Shown piece after piece: positions 19,346 through 28,341 of a stretch of DNA of 64,000 bases; positions within the stretch are counted from its first letter, which is position 1; each line of letters starts with the position of its first letter. The stretch is taken from assembly GCA_041662125.1 (NCBI GenBank), contig JBAZTA010000003.1, positions 264,962 to 328,961 of the forward strand, given 5' to 3'. This stretch comes from Candidatus Omnitrophota bacterium (GTDB lineage: Bacteria; Omnitrophota; Gorgyraeia; Gygaellales; Profunditerraquicolaceae). The position numbers and the translations under genes are program-made. The notes under the pieces are model-generated. The model was not told where the DNA came from. It saw nothing but the letters and a program-made list of their open reading frames with translations, and made no database searches.

Positions 19346-20248
19346 TTACCTCATCCAAAGGGTAGGGTTTAAAATCTTTTCATCTACTTGATCAAAATAC
19401 TGCGAGACTAAAGGGAGTAAATTGCGTGCCGGTTTTCTTCCCCAGCTTCCCAGATTCTCCTCTAGCTGTTCAGGTGTTTCTACCCCGATAACCAGTTTTG
19501 CCGTAGGAAATCTTTCTTTTAGATATCCCAATGCTAATTCATGTTTCGTGACATTAAGCTGTTGGGCAAGTGATTTTATTTTTTCAAGCACCGGCTTGGC
19601 AAAAGACATTTGCCCAGAAAGCTCGTTTGGATCCATAAGAATAAGACCCTGAAGAAAAACACTCCGGATATATATCTGCCGGCCCGCTTTCTCTGCCAGT
19701 TCAAAAACTCTCTGCTTCTCAAATCTGCTGTCCAGGATATTAGCAGGTAGTTGCACCATATCAAACCCGTTAATAAGCAACGCTTCTAAAGCTCTTTTGG
19801 GAGAATAAACCGAAACACCTACCTTTTTGATCTTTCCGGACTTAACAAAACTATGCAAAATCTCACCAAGGCCGTTTGGCAACTGACTCAAAAGGTCTTC
19901 TTTATGAAGCATCAATCCATACAAAGATGAAACCCCTAATCTTTCTAAAGACCTATTCAAGGCTTCAGACATGATCTGAGGATCGCAATGGTTGAGTTCA
20001 GGATTGATTTTACTGATAACTTGTGCCTCGTGCGAAATGCTCAGTTGAGAAAATGCCGTTCCCAGCATTTTCTCGCTTCCTCCATAGTCTTGTGCGGTAT
20101 CAAACTCTCTAATCCCATTTTCCCAAGCTGTCCGTATTATTTCAGTCACCCTCGCCTGGTCAGGTTGACCAGTTTTGTTGGCTACACCATACAAAAGTCC
20201 AAACTGTACGGTCCCTAACACAAAGGGATGAAAGTTTCCTGGATTCAT
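19346..20248 (-). CDS. Aldo/keto reductase
   Basis: 300 aa. 'EFDTAQDYGGSEKMLG' AKR signature region. Confidence 0.7.
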   Translation of the reverse strand: MNPGNFHPFVLGTVQFGLLYGVANKTGQPDQARVTEIIRTAWENGIREFDTAQDYGGSEKMLGTAFSQLSISHEAQVISKINPELNHCDPQIMSEALNRSLERLGVSSLYGLMLHKEDLLSQLPNGLGEILHSFVKSGKIKKVGVSVYSPKRALEALLINGFDMVQLPANILDSRFEKQRVFELAEKAGRQIYIRSVFLQGLILMDPNELSGQMSFAKPVLEKIKSLAQQLNVTKHELALGYLKERFPTAKLVIGVETPEQLEENLGSWGRKPARNLLPLVSQYFDQVDEKILNPTLWMR

Positions 20249-20263
20249 AATAAAGAATAATGC

Positions 20264-21580
20264 TTACGTCAGGCGTTTAAAGCCGGCAGTTGACGGTTTT
20301 CCTCTTAATTGAAGCTCAACATCCCCTGTTCTCAAAGCTTTTGAAATATGGGCAAATGTCTCATCGACTGCAATAAGATACCGCTTCACGTGAGACGGCT
20401 GATGTGCGTACATGGAATAAAACGATGTAGACGCCAAAAATCCTCTTTCGAGCATTAATTGTACAAATAACGCCTTTAAAACTAACGTAAAGTCGTATTC
20501 GAACATAAAATGGCTAAGCGGGGCAATCCCGGCAACATGGATCTTTATCCCATGTTTTTCAGCCAGCATCTTCCAGCCTTCCTGGACCTGCTTTCCTACC
20601 AATACCAGATGCTTTCCTACGTCGCATACCTGATGTTTCTTTATGGTCGCCAATGCAGCAGTAGGCCCAATGCGTTCTGTCCACATAGTACTGCTGATAA
20701 ATGTCTTTTGCGCAGCATCCATAAAGCGTTCTTTGCCTATAATCGCAGCTATTGGATAGCCATTGCCTAAAGCTTTTGAGAATACGGCTATATCTGGCTC
20801 AATATCATAAACTAAGTGTGCTCCGCCTGAATTCAGTCGAAACCCGGCAGAAATCTCATCTATCACAAAAACAGCTTTTGTCTTGTCTGCAAGAGAACGA
20901 ACCTCTTTAAAAAACCCCGGTTCAGGCTCATCATCCCGTATGGGCTCCATAACAATAGCAGCCAGATCTTTTCCATGCTGAGCTATAATAGTATTAAGCT
21001 CATCAATATGATTATATCGAAAAGGAATTGCTGTCCCGGTTAAACCTTTCGGGACTCCGCGTGGATCCAATCCTGATAAAAGATGCTCACCTAATGAATC
21101 TTTAGTTCCTAAATTCGCCGAAAGATACCAATCATGCCACCCATGATACCCGCAAAAAGCCACGACATCTTTACCCGTATACGCCCGGGCGATCCTAACA
21201 GCTATAGCCATTGATTCTCCACCAGTGCGGGCATAGCGCACTTTATCTGCCCACGGATGAATCTGACACAGCAAATCAGCAAGTTCAACTTCTTCCGGGC
21301 AATTTAAAGAAGAGCTCGATCCTTTTTTTATCGCTTTACACACAGCTTCATCAACATCATCATCGGCGTAGCCAAGCACATTTGCACCAATGCCGCTGAT
21401 GCTCATGTCAATATACTTATTCCCATCTAAATCCCAAACGTGCGCTCCTTTTGCCTTACTATAATAGCCGGGCCATACTCCGAGTGAAAACTGATCAGGC
21501 CGTTTTGAAAGAAGCTGGGTCATACCGGGTATACGCTGCTTTGCGCGCTGCTGCATTAATTGGCTTTTGCTGGTATTCAT
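20264..21580 (-). CDS. Class III (GSA-aminomutase-like) PLP-dependent aminotransferase
   Basis: 438 aa. 'GAHVWDLDGNKYIDMSISGIGANVLGY' is typical of the class III aminotransferase N-terminal region. No heme-pathway context. Confidence 0.7.
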   Translation of the reverse strand: MNTSKSQLMQQRAKQRIPGMTQLLSKRPDQFSLGVWPGYYSKAKGAHVWDLDGNKYIDMSISGIGANVLGYADDDVDEAVCKAIKKGSSSSLNCPEEVELADLLCQIHPWADKVRYARTGGESMAIAVRIARAYTGKDVVAFCGYHGWHDWYLSANLGTKDSLGEHLLSGLDPRGVPKGLTGTAIPFRYNHIDELNTIIAQHGKDLAAIVMEPIRDDEPEPGFFKEVRSLADKTKAVFVIDEISAGFRLNSGGAHLVYDIEPDIAVFSKALGNGYPIAAIIGKERFMDAAQKTFISSTMWTERIGPTAALATIKKHQVCDVGKHLVLVGKQVQEGWKMLAEKHGIKIHVAGIAPLSHFMFEYDFTLVLKALFVQLMLERGFLASTSFYSMYAHQPSHVKRYLIAVDETFAHISKALRTGDVELQLRGKPSTAGFKRLT

Positions 21581-21597
21581 AATTAACTCCGGGTATT

Positions 21598-22635
21598 TTA
21601 AAGCATACGATCTTTGATCACAGGCCCCTTGGGCAGAAATTCCACACGAGTTCTCATAGCTGTTTCCAAATATTCAGCTGGAGTATAGAGGCGCTCGCCT
21701 ATAAGATTACTCTTGTATTCTATTGGTTTGATGCCATCTTTACGAAAGAGAGAACAACGCAGAGAACCATTTTTACACGCCACATAGACGCCATTTTCAA
21801 AAAGGCGGTAAATAATACCGTATTGAAACGGGTGGAATGTTCCATCAAAAGTAACTGAAGTGGCGCTACGAACTCTGACCTGCTTTCCCATGAGAAACGT
21901 GCTTGCGCCCTTGTAGGGACGGCCAAATGCCTGAGCAAACCGCTCAATTTCTTGGCCAGACCACTTCCAATCAATAAAACCATGTACATCAGTAAGCAGC
22001 CGGGGCATATAAATACTCATATGCTCAGACTGTCCATTACGCTGCAACGGCTTTTTTAATTTTATATCTTGCAGGAGGCTTTTAAATACCCCGTACTCAT
22101 GGATTGATTTTTCATTAAGATAGTCTTCTGGGTATTGGCAACTTACCGGATATTCGAACTCTTTAAGAGCAAGTATATCTCCGTTATCGATCCCCTCATC
22201 AACCAAGTGCCATACTGCATAGCCGACGCGATTACCCTGCATGATCATCCAAGAATAACCTCCACCGCCTCTCTGCTGAGGAAGACGGGAGGAGTGGCCA
22301 TTAATTATCCTGTGGCCAAATCGTTCAATAATATCTTTGCTAAAGATATACGGAGAACCGCTTGAGATGCCGATAGTTTGATCAGTAATAAATTTAAAAA
22401 GGCCGGGGCATTTCTGAAGTGATTCGGCAAAAAAACATTTAATTTTCAGACGCTTAAGAAAAACTTCCCACGTCTCTCCCGTATGAGCAAGCATCTCTGC
22501 CTGACGAGGCCCTGTCAAAACGAGGATCTCATCAAAATGTTTTCCCATAATTATTCGGGACAGAGTTTGACTTGCCCCAAAGAGGACTGCTCGCGAGATA
22601 GTGCCGAAATCGAAATTGCGTTCTCTCATAATCAT
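21598..22635 (-). CDS. Formyltransferase-family protein with C-terminal extension (putative sugar N-formyl/acyl transferase)
   Basis: 345 aa. 'IINGHSSRLPQQRGGGGYSW' formyl transferase catalytic motif. C-terminal about 120 aa of unknown function. Confidence 0.6.
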   Translation of the reverse strand: MIMRERNFDFGTISRAVLFGASQTLSRIIMGKHFDEILVLTGPRQAEMLAHTGETWEVFLKRLKIKCFFAESLQKCPGLFKFITDQTIGISSGSPYIFSKDIIERFGHRIINGHSSRLPQQRGGGGYSWMIMQGNRVGYAVWHLVDEGIDNGDILALKEFEYPVSCQYPEDYLNEKSIHEYGVFKSLLQDIKLKKPLQRNGQSEHMSIYMPRLLTDVHGFIDWKWSGQEIERFAQAFGRPYKGASTFLMGKQVRVRSATSVTFDGTFHPFQYGIIYRLFENGVYVACKNGSLRCSLFRKDGIKPIEYKSNLIGERLYTPAEYLETAMRTRVEFLPKGPVIKDRML

Positions 22636-22667
22636 ACCTCAAATTTTAAATTAAAATTATTAAATAC

Positions 22668-23825
22668 CTATAGTAGTTTAAGGACCGCTAAAATAACCCG
22701 GGCAACATCATTATCTGTCATCGCGGGAAAAAGAGGCAAAGACAAACATTCTTTATAATACTTTTCAGCCTCGGGAAAATCCTTCCTGGAAAAATGAAAA
22801 TTCTTTTCATAAAAAGGTTGGCGGTACACAGGGATATAATGCACCTGGGTGCCGACACCTTCCCAAGTGAGCTTCTCAATAAACTCCTTCCGTGACAACT
22901 TTAGCTTCGCAAAATCGATACGCACGACATATAAATGGTACGCGCACAATGCATCATCCGTAGTAACCGGACGCAGGCAGGAATGTTTTTTGAACGCGGC
23001 ATTATAGAGTGAAACAATATGCCGGCGCCGGGCAATAAAACTCTCGATCTTCCTTAATTGGCTTATCCCCAGGGCAGCTTGAATATCCGTCAAACGATAA
23101 TTAAACCCCAGTTGGCGCATCTCATAGTACCAGGGCCCGGGGCTATTTTTTATTAAAAGAGGGCTTCTCGTAACTCCGTGCGACCGCAGGCAACAAAGAA
23201 AGTCATACAATTTTTTATTATTCGTCATGACCGCCCCCCCCTCACCGGTCGTAATCGTTTTAACCGGATGAAAAGAAAAAATAGTCATGTCTGAATATTT
23301 ACCATTACCGACTCGACTGCCGTCAAGATAGCGGCTGCCGATCGCATGAGCGGCATCTTCGATCACAAAACAATTCTTACGTTTGGCAAAAGCGGATATT
23401 TCTTTCATCAGAGCAGGACGTCCTGCAAAATGGACAGGGATAATGACCTTGGTATCCTTTCGAATAACGCCTTCCAGGGCCCCCAATGATACATTCACCG
23501 TTTCTGCATCGATATCCGCAAACAAGGGAATAATACCGTTATACACCAAAGCATTCACCGACGCCAAAAAAGTGATCGGCGATGTAACACCAGTCGCCCC
23601 CTTCTTCAGGCCAAGTGCAGCTACTGCCAAATGAAGGGCGGCTGTGCCGCTGGAGACAGCAACACAATACTTCGCGCCAGTATATGCGCACAACGCGCGT
23701 TCAAATTCAAAAACACGCGGGCCTTGCGTTAAAAATTGACTTTTAAGAACCTTCACTATTGATAGGACATCATCATCATCGATCAGTTGTCTTCCATAGG
23801 GCAGGCAGGAACGAATGCGTTTCAT
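22668..23825 (-). CDS. pseC: UDP-4-amino-4,6-dideoxy-N-acetyl-beta-L-altrosamine transaminase (DegT family)
   Basis: 'LPYGRQLIDDDDVLSIVKVLKSQFLTQGPRVFEFE' and Lys motif 'FSFHPVKTITTGEGGAVMT'. Immediately follows pseB. Alternative upstream Met at 23840. Confidence 0.8.
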   Translation of the reverse strand: MKRIRSCLPYGRQLIDDDDVLSIVKVLKSQFLTQGPRVFEFERALCAYTGAKYCVAVSSGTAALHLAVAALGLKKGATGVTSPITFLASVNALVYNGIIPLFADIDAETVNVSLGALEGVIRKDTKVIIPVHFAGRPALMKEISAFAKRKNCFVIEDAAHAIGSRYLDGSRVGNGKYSDMTIFSFHPVKTITTGEGGAVMTNNKKLYDFLCCLRSHGVTRSPLLIKNSPGPWYYEMRQLGFNYRLTDIQAALGISQLRKIESFIARRRHIVSLYNAAFKKHSCLRPVTTDDALCAYHLYVVRIDFAKLKLSRKEFIEKLTWEGVGTQVHYIPVYRQPFYEKNFHFSRKDFPEAEKYYKECLSLPLFPAMTDNDVARVILAVLKLL

Positions 23826-23826
23826 A

Positions 23827-24828
23827 TCAGTGTGCCTCATTTTTTAGATTTTTAACCATATCGGCAAGCTCATCAAGGCTGAGGCGCTCCCGATTCAAGT
23901 CACTGCGGTACTCAAAACCACCCGGTAAAGGTTTTCCGCGTTTATATTTCGAAAAGGCTTCATCTAAATACAAAAACTGCGGCAACACAACATAATATTC
24001 CTTAAGATCAAAAGCTATGCGCGCCTCGTCTTCAGAAATCAATGTTTCATGGATCTTTTCACCAGGACGGATACCGATCGGTTTTAATCGGCACTCCGGC
24101 TCAATAGCCTTTGCTAAATCCACTACCCGCATAGACGGGATCTTAGGAATAAAAATCTCACCGCCAACAGATTCGTCCAATGCTTTGAGCACCAAATCAA
24201 CGCCTTGATCAAGTGTTATCCAAAAACGCGTCATTCGTTCATCGGTAATTGGAAATTCTTTAATACCCCGATTCTTGAGCTCTAGGAAAAAAGGGATCAC
24301 ACTTCCCCTGGACCCGACAACATTTCCATAACGCACGACTGAAAATTTTACCCGGGCGCCGCCATACGCATTCGCCGCGACAAAGAGCTTCTCAGCAACA
24401 AGTTTGGTAGCGCCATAAAGATTAGCCGGGCTAACGGCCTTATCCGTTGACAAAGCGATAACTTTCTTAACTCCAGCGTCAATGGCCACATCAACGATAT
24501 TATTAGCGCCATCGACATTGGTTCTGACCGCTTCAGTGGGATTGTATTCCAAGGCAGGTACCTGTTTCAAAGCAGCAGCATGAATAATATAGTCAACTCC
24601 TTCAAAAGCGCGGTGCATACGATTTTTATCGCGGATATCTCCGATAAAATAACGCATAGATGGATACTGTTTATCCGAGAAAATCTTTTCCATCTCATGC
24701 TGTTTATATTCATCACGGCTGAAAATGATCAGTTTTGCCGGTTTATACCGTTTGAGCACTATTTCTGTGAATTTATGCCCAAAAGACCCTGTTCCCCCAG
24801 TAATTAAAATAGTCTTATTATTTAACAT
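23827..24828 (-). CDS. pseB: UDP-N-acetylglucosamine 4,6-dehydratase (inverting), PseB/FlaA1 family
   Basis: 333 aa. 'MLNNKTILITGGTGSFGHKFTEIVL' PseB/CapD-like N-terminus. Strong SD 'AAGAAGGGG' upstream. Confidence 0.85.
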   Translation of the reverse strand: MLNNKTILITGGTGSFGHKFTEIVLKRYKPAKLIIFSRDEYKQHEMEKIFSDKQYPSMRYFIGDIRDKNRMHRAFEGVDYIIHAAALKQVPALEYNPTEAVRTNVDGANNIVDVAIDAGVKKVIALSTDKAVSPANLYGATKLVAEKLFVAANAYGGARVKFSVVRYGNVVGSRGSVIPFFLELKNRGIKEFPITDERMTRFWITLDQGVDLVLKALDESVGGEIFIPKIPSMRVVDLAKAIEPECRLKPIGIRPGEKIHETLISEDEARIAFDLKEYYVVLPQFLYLDEAFSKYKRGKPLPGGFEYRSDLNRERLSLDELADMVKNLKNEAH

Positions 24829-24848
24829 AAACCCCTTCTTTTTTAGAT

Positions 24849-24866
24849 TTACTCAAAATTGAGTAA
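24849..24866. promoter_or_regulatory. Perfect 18-bp palindrome TTACTCAA-AA-TTGAGTAA in the pseB leader (candidate operator)
   Basis: Read directly: 8-bp arms are exact reverse complements. Located about 20-40 nt upstream of the pseB ATG and downstream of a TATAAT overlapping the upstream stop. Confidence 0.35.
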
Positions 24867-24916
24867 TACAAACTTAACCTCGCCCCGATTTATGGTTTAA
24901 TTATATCATATCTTCT

Positions 24917-26362
24917 CTATTCCTTGATCTCAGGCTTACCTAAACCTTTTTTTTCAAAAACAAAATAGAGAATAATGCCCAAGAAAATAGGCAAAATCTG
25001 CATGCGGTAACGGCAAACGGTACCCAAATTATAACCGACAAACCCATAAGCAATTGACCAAACCACAATTAAAGAAATTGCCCATATGAAAAAGGGGGTA
25101 AATAATTCACGCCAGCGAACCTTAAAAACAGCAATAATAAATAAAATCAGTAAGACAGTGTCTTCAAGGCCAGCCATGAGCCCGAAAATATTTTTAACCT
25201 CTCCCGGCAAAGGCCTGAATAAAACCGTAAATACCCCGCGAGGGACAAAAAGAGCCAAATCTTTGAGTCCTCGGTATTTAATCTTTACAGTCACCCCTGA
25301 ATTTTCATCAATTGCAGTCTCATACGCCGGCTTATTTTCACCCACAGGATCCTTAGGATCACGAGCCAAAGCGTTATCACCGGAATCTGCTTTTTTAAAC
25401 ATTTTACCATCAGGTTTTGCTTCAAGCAGACTACCCCCGATTGAAAATGTTGTGAATCTTTTATTAGCAAAAATTGAAAGATCCTTGAACGATTTAAGAT
25501 AAAATATCTTCGTGACCCCATGAGTTGAAAACACCAATATTATGATTGAAGAAACAAAAACTAACACATAACCTATTTTTTTAAAACTATTTCTATTCAA
25601 ACACATCATACGGACTACCATTAACAAAACGGGCAAGCCTAAAATAATTCCCAGCCATAAGCGGATATATACCGAAGTGATCAACCCCAAAATTATAAAC
25701 ACGGAAGAAGAAAACGATTCAGTTCTTATTAACTTGACGACGCCATAGCTATAGACGGCTATGGCGATAAGGAGAATCGGTTCTTTGCCGATAACAGAAG
25801 ACCAAAAAAGTATCGATGGGAATAATGCAAAGACGTATAAAAGGCGCACGATATCTCTTCGCAAAAACTCAGCCGCAGCAAGATAAAAAACATAGCAGGC
25901 AAAAAGGCCGATCATTCCAAAACTTGCCTTTATAGCATGAAACGAGTCAAGGAAACTGTTACGCAGGACCTGAATAAGTAATATCACCGGATTGGATGGC
26001 CCCAGGACCTCCATCCTTCTCCATTCGCGGATATGATGCGTAGCAGCGTTAAAATACCCATATGAATCAACCTGATAATGGTGCTCGTAAAAAAGCATCA
26101 AACCAAGCATGACAAAACACTTCACCATCCAAATATAGCCGAGAGCTTTCTTATGAGCTGATGGCACAGGCCAAAAATATATCGTAACTCCCAAAAAAGC
26201 CGCCCATGCTACCCCGATCACATAATCTAAACGGATATTCTTTTGCGGTATACGTTTACCCAAAATCTCAACCAGCTTTAAAAAATGCGGCAGCGTATAA
26301 ACAAAAACTAAAAACCCGACCACTATTAACAAAATTAAAAAAAGATTATTCTTTTTCAACAC
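24917..26362 (-). CDS. Polytopic membrane protein with large soluble loop (possible Wzy-like polymerase/ligase or membrane glycosyl/acyl transferase)
   Basis: About 480 aa with at least 10 hydrophobic segments and a roughly 130-aa hydrophilic loop. No ATG near the 5' end, so GTG/TTG start at about 26362/26359 was inferred just after the upstream stop. Confidence 0.35.
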   Translation of the reverse strand: MLKKNNLFLILLIVVGFLVFVYTLPHFLKLVEILGKRIPQKNIRLDYVIGVAWAAFLGVTIYFWPVPSAHKKALGYIWMVKCFVMLGLMLFYEHHYQVDSYGYFNAATHHIREWRRMEVLGPSNPVILLIQVLRNSFLDSFHAIKASFGMIGLFACYVFYLAAAEFLRRDIVRLLYVFALFPSILFWSSVIGKEPILLIAIAVYSYGVVKLIRTESFSSSVFIILGLITSVYIRLWLGIILGLPVLLMVVRMMCLNRNSFKKIGYVLVFVSSIIILVFSTHGVTKIFYLKSFKDLSIFANKRFTTFSIGGSLLEAKPDGKMFKKADSGDNALARDPKDPVGENKPAYETAIDENSGVTVKIKYRGLKDLALFVPRGVFTVLFRPLPGEVKNIFGLMAGLEDTVLLILFIIAVFKVRWRELFTPFFIWAISLIVVWSIAYGFVGYNLGTVCRYRMQILPIFLGIILYFVFEKKGLGKPEIKE

Positions 26363-26372
26363 AACACCTTTT

Positions 26373-27413
26373 TTAGTTGTCCTTGCATAAAAAATGCCAA
26401 TATGGCAGTGTATCAGAAATAACCACACTTTTAAATGAATCCTGCAACGCGGCAATATCTTTCTTACTAAACCGTTGTTCTATACGCGTAAAAAACCGGT
26501 CATAAACATCTTGACGGATCCGCGCAAGCGTTTTTCCTCTATAGCCTTCATACAGCGGGACAGAACAACGCAAATTCATTTTATGCAACAAAGCTCCGAG
26601 TGAAATTAACGGAAGATACACGGTAATTGCGACAACACTGGTAAATACTGACCGGAAAAATTCATTTCTAACATGCGATACCGCTAAACGGACCATGGTT
26701 ACCAGGGAAAGTAAAACTTGGAAAAATCTCGGCCGGTTATCAAGTGAATAATACAAATATATCAAAAGAGCAGGTGAATAACTTTTAAGTTTTCTGACGG
26801 TTGCCAAAGCGTTAACCGGCATATGGTGCAAAACACCAAGACAAAACAGGAAATCAGCGAACGGGGTTGCAAAGGGGAGACAATTGATATCAGCCATAAA
26901 AAAAATAGCATTATCGCGGCGGCGCAGGTTCCTGCGGGCCACAAAGATCGCTTCTGAAAAATCAACAAGCACCAATTCACGGCAGGCATCCCCAAGGAAA
27001 TAACTCCAGCGGCCGATACCGCAACCTAAATCGCAGACACGCGCATGCTTCAAATCGTCAATATTGACGAGGTCAAAATATTGTGAAAACTCTTCTCTAT
27101 GCTCAGGTAAAATATCGGGAAACTGCTGCCATTCTGACCCAAAGGTAAATTGGATATCTTCCGCGAAATCAGCTGAAACAGCAGTTTTTTTAATACTGCC
27201 GGCCAGCCTTTTTTGAAGCGCAGGCGGATATTGATCAGGCTCAAGCAAGATAATAACATCATCAACAATCGGATACCTGCGATTGTTGACAATAAGTAAA
27301 TCACCTTTAAGCTCGATATTGCGGGTTCCAAAAATATCTTTCAGGCTAGCGATCTTATTGTCATAAAATAGAGTTTTTCCGGGCTTTACACTATTTTGTT
27401 TAAGCTCGTTCAT
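26373..27413 (-). CDS. Class I SAM-dependent methyltransferase with hydrophobic C-terminal extension
   Basis: 346 aa. Motif I 'VCDLGCGIGRWSYFL'. C-terminal about 100 aa hydrophobic. Confidence 0.65.
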   Translation of the reverse strand: MNELKQNSVKPGKTLFYDNKIASLKDIFGTRNIELKGDLLIVNNRRYPIVDDVIILLEPDQYPPALQKRLAGSIKKTAVSADFAEDIQFTFGSEWQQFPDILPEHREEFSQYFDLVNIDDLKHARVCDLGCGIGRWSYFLGDACRELVLVDFSEAIFVARRNLRRRDNAIFFMADINCLPFATPFADFLFCLGVLHHMPVNALATVRKLKSYSPALLIYLYYSLDNRPRFFQVLLSLVTMVRLAVSHVRNEFFRSVFTSVVAITVYLPLISLGALLHKMNLRCSVPLYEGYRGKTLARIRQDVYDRFFTRIEQRFSKKDIAALQDSFKSVVISDTLPYWHFLCKDN

Positions 27414-28329
27414 GCAATTCCTTTATGGTGCGTTTAATGCCATCTCTCAGAGAAAGCGACGGCGACCAATGAATAAGGTTTTTTAAGTGAGTTACGTCAG
27501 CATAGCTTTGCGGTTGAGCAGGTTCATCACTGCGCATAGGCCGGGCGCCAAATTTTAACTTCTCTCTATCGCCACCAAGCAACTTCCAAAAAAGCAAAAC
27601 AAAATCTTTAACTTTAATAACAGTGCCGCGGCCTAAGTTGACTACGGTTGATCCTTCTACAGAATTGCTTATCTTCAGGAGGCCTTCTCCTGCTTCTGAA
27701 ACATGGATATAATCACGATAGTGTTCACAGGGGCTTAATTGCACATCCTTATTCAGAAGAAACGACTGATATAATTCATTGATGAGAGATCCTGGCCTCT
27801 GCCCTGCTCCGTACACATAAAACGTCCTCACATGAACATATGTTTTTCCATACGCAGAAGCACTTTTTAATCCAAACTTTGCAACTTCAATCTTGGCCTT
27901 TGCGTAATTAGTAAGGCGTCCTTGAGGGAGAGAATCTTCGCACAAAAGGCCGGTGCGTGAACCATACTCATTCATGGAACCGATGAACACAAATTTCTTC
28001 AGGCCAAGCCGGAAGAGCGTTTCTATCAAGGTCTTTGACGCCTGAAGATTCTCACCTAAATGCATAGCAGATTCGGGCAAAGCCATATCTCCCCAGCCCG
28101 AATGGATAAAACAATCCGGCAGGCCAATTCGTTCAACCTTTGATTTAATATCACGCTCGCTTAAATAATCAAGGGTGTGACACAAAAATTCTTTCGCTGG
28201 CGCCTCACTCTTTCCCGGGAGCTGATTTGAAAAACAACTGACTTCTCTACCGGCATTTTTAAGCAGGCGAGCCAAAACACTGCCGATGAAACCTCGAGAA
28301 CCGGTTAACCAAATTTTATGTATTGGCAT
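27400..28329 (-). CDS. NAD(P)-dependent epimerase/dehydratase-family (SDR) sugar-nucleotide reductase/epimerase
   Basis: 'IWLTGSRGFIGSVLARLL' Rossmann motif. 'YAKAKIEV' YxxxK. Confidence 0.7.
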   Translation of the reverse strand: MPIHKIWLTGSRGFIGSVLARLLKNAGREVSCFSNQLPGKSEAPAKEFLCHTLDYLSERDIKSKVERIGLPDCFIHSGWGDMALPESAMHLGENLQASKTLIETLFRLGLKKFVFIGSMNEYGSRTGLLCEDSLPQGRLTNYAKAKIEVAKFGLKSASAYGKTYVHVRTFYVYGAGQRPGSLINELYQSFLLNKDVQLSPCEHYRDYIHVSEAGEGLLKISNSVEGSTVVNLGRGTVIKVKDFVLLFWKLLGGDREKLKFGARPMRSDEPAQPQSYADVTHLKNLIHWSPSLSLRDGIKRTIKELHERA

Positions 28330-28341
28330 ATCTTTTGTGCT

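Noticed and set aside
20264-21580. Class-III aminotransferase interpreted as hemL (glutamate-1-semialdehyde aminomutase)
   Set aside because: No other tetrapyrrole genes are present. It is embedded in and co-oriented with the nonulosonate genes. Only the family-level assignment is kept.
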